DNA of 64,000 nucleotides from Alphaproteobacteria bacterium (GTDB lineage Bacteria; Pseudomonadota; Alphaproteobacteria; Rickettsiales; 21-14-0-20-44-7): NCBI GenBank assembly GCA_043757405.1, contig JAYVPI010000016.1, positions 143,623 to 207,622 of the forward strand, read 5' to 3'. Shown piece by piece: positions 60,404 to 64,000 of this stretch (position 1 is its first letter; each line of letters starts with the position of its first letter). The notes under the pieces were generated by a model. It saw only the letters and a program-made list of their open reading frames with translations, ran no database searches and was not told where the DNA came from. The position numbers and the translations under genes were made by a program.

Positions 60404-62419
60404 ATGCTCGACAAAGTTACGGCATATATATTTGCTTTCACTGCAATAGCATTGCTTGGTTCGTCGCCTGCATTTGCAGCTGATGATATCGACAAGCTTT
60501 TAGATACCCCGCTCAAAGACCTGATGAATATGGAAGTTACATCAGTGTCAAAAAAATCCGAGAAAGCTACCGAAGCGGCTGCGGCTATTTATGTTATCAC
60601 GCAGGAAGATATTAAAAGATCAGGCGTGGCCAGCATTCCGGAAGCTTTGCGTATGGCGCCGGGAATTCAAGTTTCAAGAATAAACGCCAGTGCTTGGGAA
60701 GTAACCTCTCGCGGTTCTGCCAGCAGATCGCAGTTTGAAAATAAATTATTGGTATTGATCGATGGCCGCTCGGTTTATAACCCATTATTCTCAGGCGTGT
60801 TGTGGGAAGAACAAAGTACGCCGCTTGAAGACATAGATAGGATTGAAGTTATTCGCGGCCCTGGTTCAACCTTGTGGGGCGCTAACGCGGTAAATGGTGT
60901 TATAAATATCATCACCAAAAATTCGAAGAACACGCAAGGAACTTTGGTTTCTGCCGGTGCCGGTTCTTTTGAGAAATTTTCCGGAATGGCGCGTCAAGGC
61001 GGCAAGATAAATGACAATACTACTTACAGAGCGTATGTCCAAGATTATGAAAACGGCAATACCAAGGGGCTGAACGGTAACAGTATAAATGATAGTTGGC
61101 ATATGTCGCGTACTGGTTTCCGTGCGGATGGCGATAATAAACAGGGCACTAATTATACGATTCAGGGTGATTTGTACCAAGGCAAAAAAAATGAGCAGTT
61201 TGATTTATTGCCGAGTCTGACCGGATCTTTCAATCCCTCAGCTGGTCTTGTTGTCAATGCGCCTGATACGCACAATATGTTGGGCGGCAACTTATTGGGT
61301 AGCTATAATAAAAAATTGGATGATGGGTCTGACCTCGATATCCAGCTTTATTATGATTATACGCAGCGCGGGCTTGATATATTCAGCCAGAAAGTCAGCA
61401 CAATAGATTTCGATGCTCAACATTCAATCAATCTATCAGAAAACCATGCTTTCCTGTGGGGAGTCGGTTATAGATTGATAAGCTATGATCTGGGCGGTTC
61501 GGATATTTTGCGGTATAAAGCCGTTGATGAGCAAAGCAGCGTAAATTTATTCAACAGCTTTTTACAGGATAAAATCCAGCTGGTTCCAGACGAGTTGTTT
61601 CTGACTCTTGGTTCAAAATTCGAACATAATGAATATACCGGCTTTGAATTTGAGCCAAACGTAAGATTGACTTGGCTGCCTACTAGCAATCAGACAGTAT
61701 GGAGTGCAGTATCAAGGGCAGTTCGAACGCCGAGCATCAACGAAAGAAACCTGACCCAGATAATCGCTGCTTTCCCTGGCCCAGCCTATGGAGCTTATAC
61801 AGTTGACGGCAGATTAGAATCCGAAGATTTGATTGCTTATGAATTAGGCTACAGGATACAGCCAACTGATAAACTATCGTTTGACGTTACCGGCTTTGTC
61901 AATGACTACTCCAATTTACGTACATTCGAACAATCTGGTCCGATTGCACCGGATATTGCGGCAAGCTACACACTCTCTAACAAAGCTAGTGGTATGAATA
62001 AAGGTTTAGAGTTTTCTTCGAATTGGGAAATTACGAAAAACTGGAGTTTGAGTGGTGGCTATAGCTATATAGATAGTCATATAAAATTGGATCGTGATAG
62101 TACTGATAATCTATTTGGCAGTACCGATAAGGAGCGATCGCCACGGAACATGTTTAACGCTCGCTCGCATTATAAGATTGCTGACCAGTTGCAGATGAAT
62201 AATACATTGTATTATGTCGCTAAGCTGCCAACTGATCAGGTTCCGAGCTATTACAGGCTTGATACGAATGTAATTTGGAATGTCAGCGATGGTATTGACC
62301 TTAGCCTTGTGGGCCAGAATCTGTTGGATGGCGAGCATCAGGAGTTTGGTGGCGCTACTTATAACAGCCCTTCGGAAATCCCACGTTCGGTGTTTGGTAA
62401 GGTAACGGTCAGGTTCTAA
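60404..62419 (+). CDS. TonB-dependent receptor
   Basis: The track ORF starts at a TTG and is trimmed to the ATG at 60404. It has a signal peptide, a plug domain (DLMNMEVTSVSKK, IPEALRMAPGIQV, IEVIRGPGSTLWGANAVNGVINIITK), a 22-strand-type barrel and a C-terminal ...VFGKVTVRF. Confidence 0.9.
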   Translation: MLDKVTAYIFAFTAIALLGSSPAFAADDIDKLLDTPLKDLMNMEVTSVSKKSEKATEAAAAIYVITQEDIKRSGVASIPEALRMAPGIQVSRINASAWEVTSRGSASRSQFENKLLVLIDGRSVYNPLFSGVLWEEQSTPLEDIDRIEVIRGPGSTLWGANAVNGVINIITKNSKNTQGTLVSAGAGSFEKFSGMARQGGKINDNTTYRAYVQDYENGNTKGLNGNSINDSWHMSRTGFRADGDNKQGTNYTIQGDLYQGKKNEQFDLLPSLTGSFNPSAGLVVNAPDTHNMLGGNLLGSYNKKLDDGSDLDIQLYYDYTQRGLDIFSQKVSTIDFDAQHSINLSENHAFLWGVGYRLISYDLGGSDILRYKAVDEQSSVNLFNSFLQDKIQLVPDELFLTLGSKFEHNEYTGFEFEPNVRLTWLPTSNQTVWSAVSRAVRTPSINERNLTQIIAAFPGPAYGAYTVDGRLESEDLIAYELGYRIQPTDKLSFDVTGFVNDYSNLRTFEQSGPIAPDIAASYTLSNKASGMNKGLEFSSNWEITKNWSLSGGYSYIDSHIKLDRDSTDNLFGSTDKERSPRNMFNARSHYKIADQLQMNNTLYYVAKLPTDQVPSYYRLDTNVIWNVSDGIDLSLVGQNLLDGEHQEFGGATYNSPSEIPRSVFGKVTVRF

Positions 62420-62420
62420 A

Positions 62421-63017
62421 ATGCGCAGCAAAATCAGTCATAAATTGGGGAGGTGGCTATTAATCACCCTCCTGCTGATGAGTACGGCACTCGCCTCGAA
62501 TGTGCCGGCCACTCGCGCAGGTGCTGCTGAGGAATTAACTGATTATGATTGGCAGGCGATTTATCTAGTTAAGCTCAGCCTTGATATTGAATGGCCGCAA
62601 ACTACTTTAAGCGGCGATTTGCGTAATGTGAATATATGCCTTTTGGGGAATAGCCCAAGTTTTACGCATGCTTTGCAAAATATTGCTCCCAAGGCGGAAC
62701 AAAAGAAGCTGAAGATCAATATTAGGGCTGATAATTCTAATGATCTTAAAGGATGTAATATTGCCTATATTCCACGTGGTAATGCTGAGTATAAGCAAGT
62801 TATCGCTGCGGCCAAATCATTCCCGGTGCTAACCGTTTCCCCGATCGATGGCTTTGCGGCCAATGGCGGGATTGTGGAGTTTATTATGACGGAGTCCGGT
62901 AATACGGTGAATAATAAGGTCAATGTTAAATTCAAGATAAATAACGGAGCCGCAATTGCGAGCGGTTTGAAAATTGGTACGGATGCCCTCAAATCAGCGT
63001 TGGAGGTGACGGAATAA
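62421..63017 (+). CDS. YfiR-family (DUF4154) periplasmic protein
   Basis: A signal peptide is followed by the DUF4154 pattern ([67 protein letters not shown]). The start lies 1 nt after the receptor stop. Confidence 0.75.
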   Translation: MRSKISHKLGRWLLITLLLMSTALASNVPATRAGAAEELTDYDWQAIYLVKLSLDIEWPQTTLSGDLRNVNICLLGNSPSFTHALQNIAPKAEQKKLKINIRADNSNDLKGCNIAYIPRGNAEYKQVIAAAKSFPVLTVSPIDGFAANGGIVEFIMTESGNTVNNKVNVKFKINNGAAIASGLKIGTDALKSALEVTE

Positions 63018-64000
63018 TGTTTCTGAAACGACAATCGCTGAGTGAAAAAATGTTGCTGATAATTCTCGCTATAAGCGGAATTTGTGTTGTTCTCACAACC
63101 GTGACGATAACTGCGCTTGGCATTCATAATATGCAGGATAAGATGGTTGGTGATCTTGAATTGCTTACTAAAACACGTGCCGCCGCATTGACTGGTTCGT
63201 TAAGTTTCGGACGTTTTGATGAAATTGAGGAGGCGTTGCAAGCATCGCGCTCAGAAGCGGAAATTATGGCCTGCGTTTATAACAAAGACAATCTTGCGCC
63301 CGATACTGTCACTCAATATCCCCATAACGCGAAATGCCCAAGTCTTGATATTGTGGCTTCCCAACCGGATAGCACATCATTCCAGGGGAACAGGCTCAAG
63401 TCATATAGAGCCATTGTAAGCCAGCAAAAAGGGACGGTAGGCTATATCTATGTTGAAGCCGACGAGCGTGAGATTGATCATTTTATAAAAGTTCAGGTTC
63501 TGACGGCGTTGATGATTATTCTTACCGTATTTGTACTTTCATATTTCCTTGGACAGAAACTGCAGCGTTCTATCAGTGAGCCGATATTGAAGCTGGTGGA
63601 TACTACGCGCAAGGTTTCTTATGAGCGGGATTATTCGATTAGGGCGGAGAATTTCCTGCAGGGTGAGGATATTAAGCGTAATGAGATTAGTGTTTTGATT
63701 GAAGCATTCAACCAGATGTTAAATGAGGTTGAAGAGCGGAGAAAATTGCTGTTACGCAAGAACCAGGAATTGGTGAAGGCGAAGGAAACGGCGGAGACTG
63801 CCAACCGGGCGAAATCGCAATTCCTTGCGAATATTTCGCATGAACTCAGGACGCCGTTGAATGCGGTTATTGGTTTCTCCGATCTTATTTGTAATGAAAT
63901 TCTGGGGCCGATTGAGGATACGAGATATGTCGAATATGCGCGTGATATCAATGAATCGGGCGAGCATTTGCTGCATATTATCAATGATATTTTGGATCTC
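63017..64000 (+). CDS. Sensor histidine kinase (TM - extracytoplasmic CHASE8-like domain - TM - HAMP - HisKA), 5' part; continues past the right window edge
   Basis: Not in the ORF track because there is no stop in the window. My translation from the ATG at 63017 (TAATG overlap with the yfiR-like stop) is open to 64000: [26 protein letters not shown]..., a second TM helix [19 protein letters not shown], a HAMP region, and the H-box [19 protein letters not shown]. Confidence 0.85.
   Translation, partial: MFLKRQSLSEKMLLIILAISGICVVLTTVTITALGIHNMQDKMVGDLELLTKTRAAALTGSLSFGRFDEIEEALQASRSEAEIMACVYNKDNLAPDTVTQYPHNAKCPSLDIVASQPDSTSFQGNRLKSYRAIVSQQKGTVGYIYVEADEREIDHFIKVQVLTALMIILTVFVLSYFLGQKLQRSISEPILKLVDTTRKVSYERDYSIRAENFLQGEDIKRNEISVLIEAFNQMLNEVEERRKLLLRKNQELVKAKETAETANRAKSQFLANISHELRTPLNAVIGFSDLICNEILGPIEDTRYVEYARDINESGEHLLHIINDILDL

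Noticed and set aside
1-64000. A search for rRNA, tRNA, tmRNA, prophage, integrase, transposase, integron or conjugation genes.
   Set aside because: No ORF shows integrase, transposase or phage structural motifs. No intergenic region shows tRNA-like T-arm/acceptor features or rRNA similarity that I can recognise by eye. A tRNAscan, Infernal or ISfinder run would be needed to be definitive.

Overview
The window looks like a gene-dense alphaproteobacterial chromosome segment. Lineage markers are an alpha-type SspB with an IDSFRKK tail, the TIGR02300 and TIGR02281 families, a Mic60-like/HemY-like pair, mraZ-rsmH, and sdhA/sdhB. I cannot place it below class from sequence alone. About 60 housekeeping genes are recognisable: mraZ/rsmH, ctaB, sspB, thrB, gmk, sdhA, sdhB, ffh, mtgA, xseB-ispA, pcm, coq7, murA, pheA, nadK, ftsK, gabD, cysS, cimA, yggT, rsmI, yraN, folC, apaG, phaR plus a phaC-like gene, lolA and ispB. 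Between them sit small modules that look AT-richer by eye (composition not computed): three type II TA pairs (HepT/MntA, VapBC-like, HigBA), an AAA/DUF4143 ATPase, and several orphan genes. I found no rRNA, tRNA, CRISPR array, transposase, integrase or prophage genes. The most striking sequence-level property is a heavy load of short palindromic MITE-like repeats. There are at least four families and about 20 copies, with no transposase in the window. Two copies sit in frame inside the essential genes murA and sdhA, as Rickettsia palindromic elements do. The best candidates for an undescribed system are: (1) an AT-rich island at 42.7-49.0 kb encoding three paralogous glycine-zipper, bilobed-hydrophobic membrane proteins plus two disordered proteins, with shared promoter-region motifs; (2) a GNAT-fold N-acyl synthase-like gene followed by a translationally coupled TonB-dependent receptor, YfiR-like (DUF4154) protein and HAMP histidine kinase, at 59.6-64.0 kb; (3) a response regulator with an Arg-rich tail coupled to an Hpt-like protein lacking the canonical His, then Trm112; (4) an orphan 277-aa protein with a transglutaminase-like Cys-His-Asp arrangement. 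Several small ORFs below the ORF-track cutoff were translated by hand: an ArfA-like ORF, Trm112, and a conserved basic 40-aa ORF. All family assignments come from motif recognition by eye and none was confirmed by database search.
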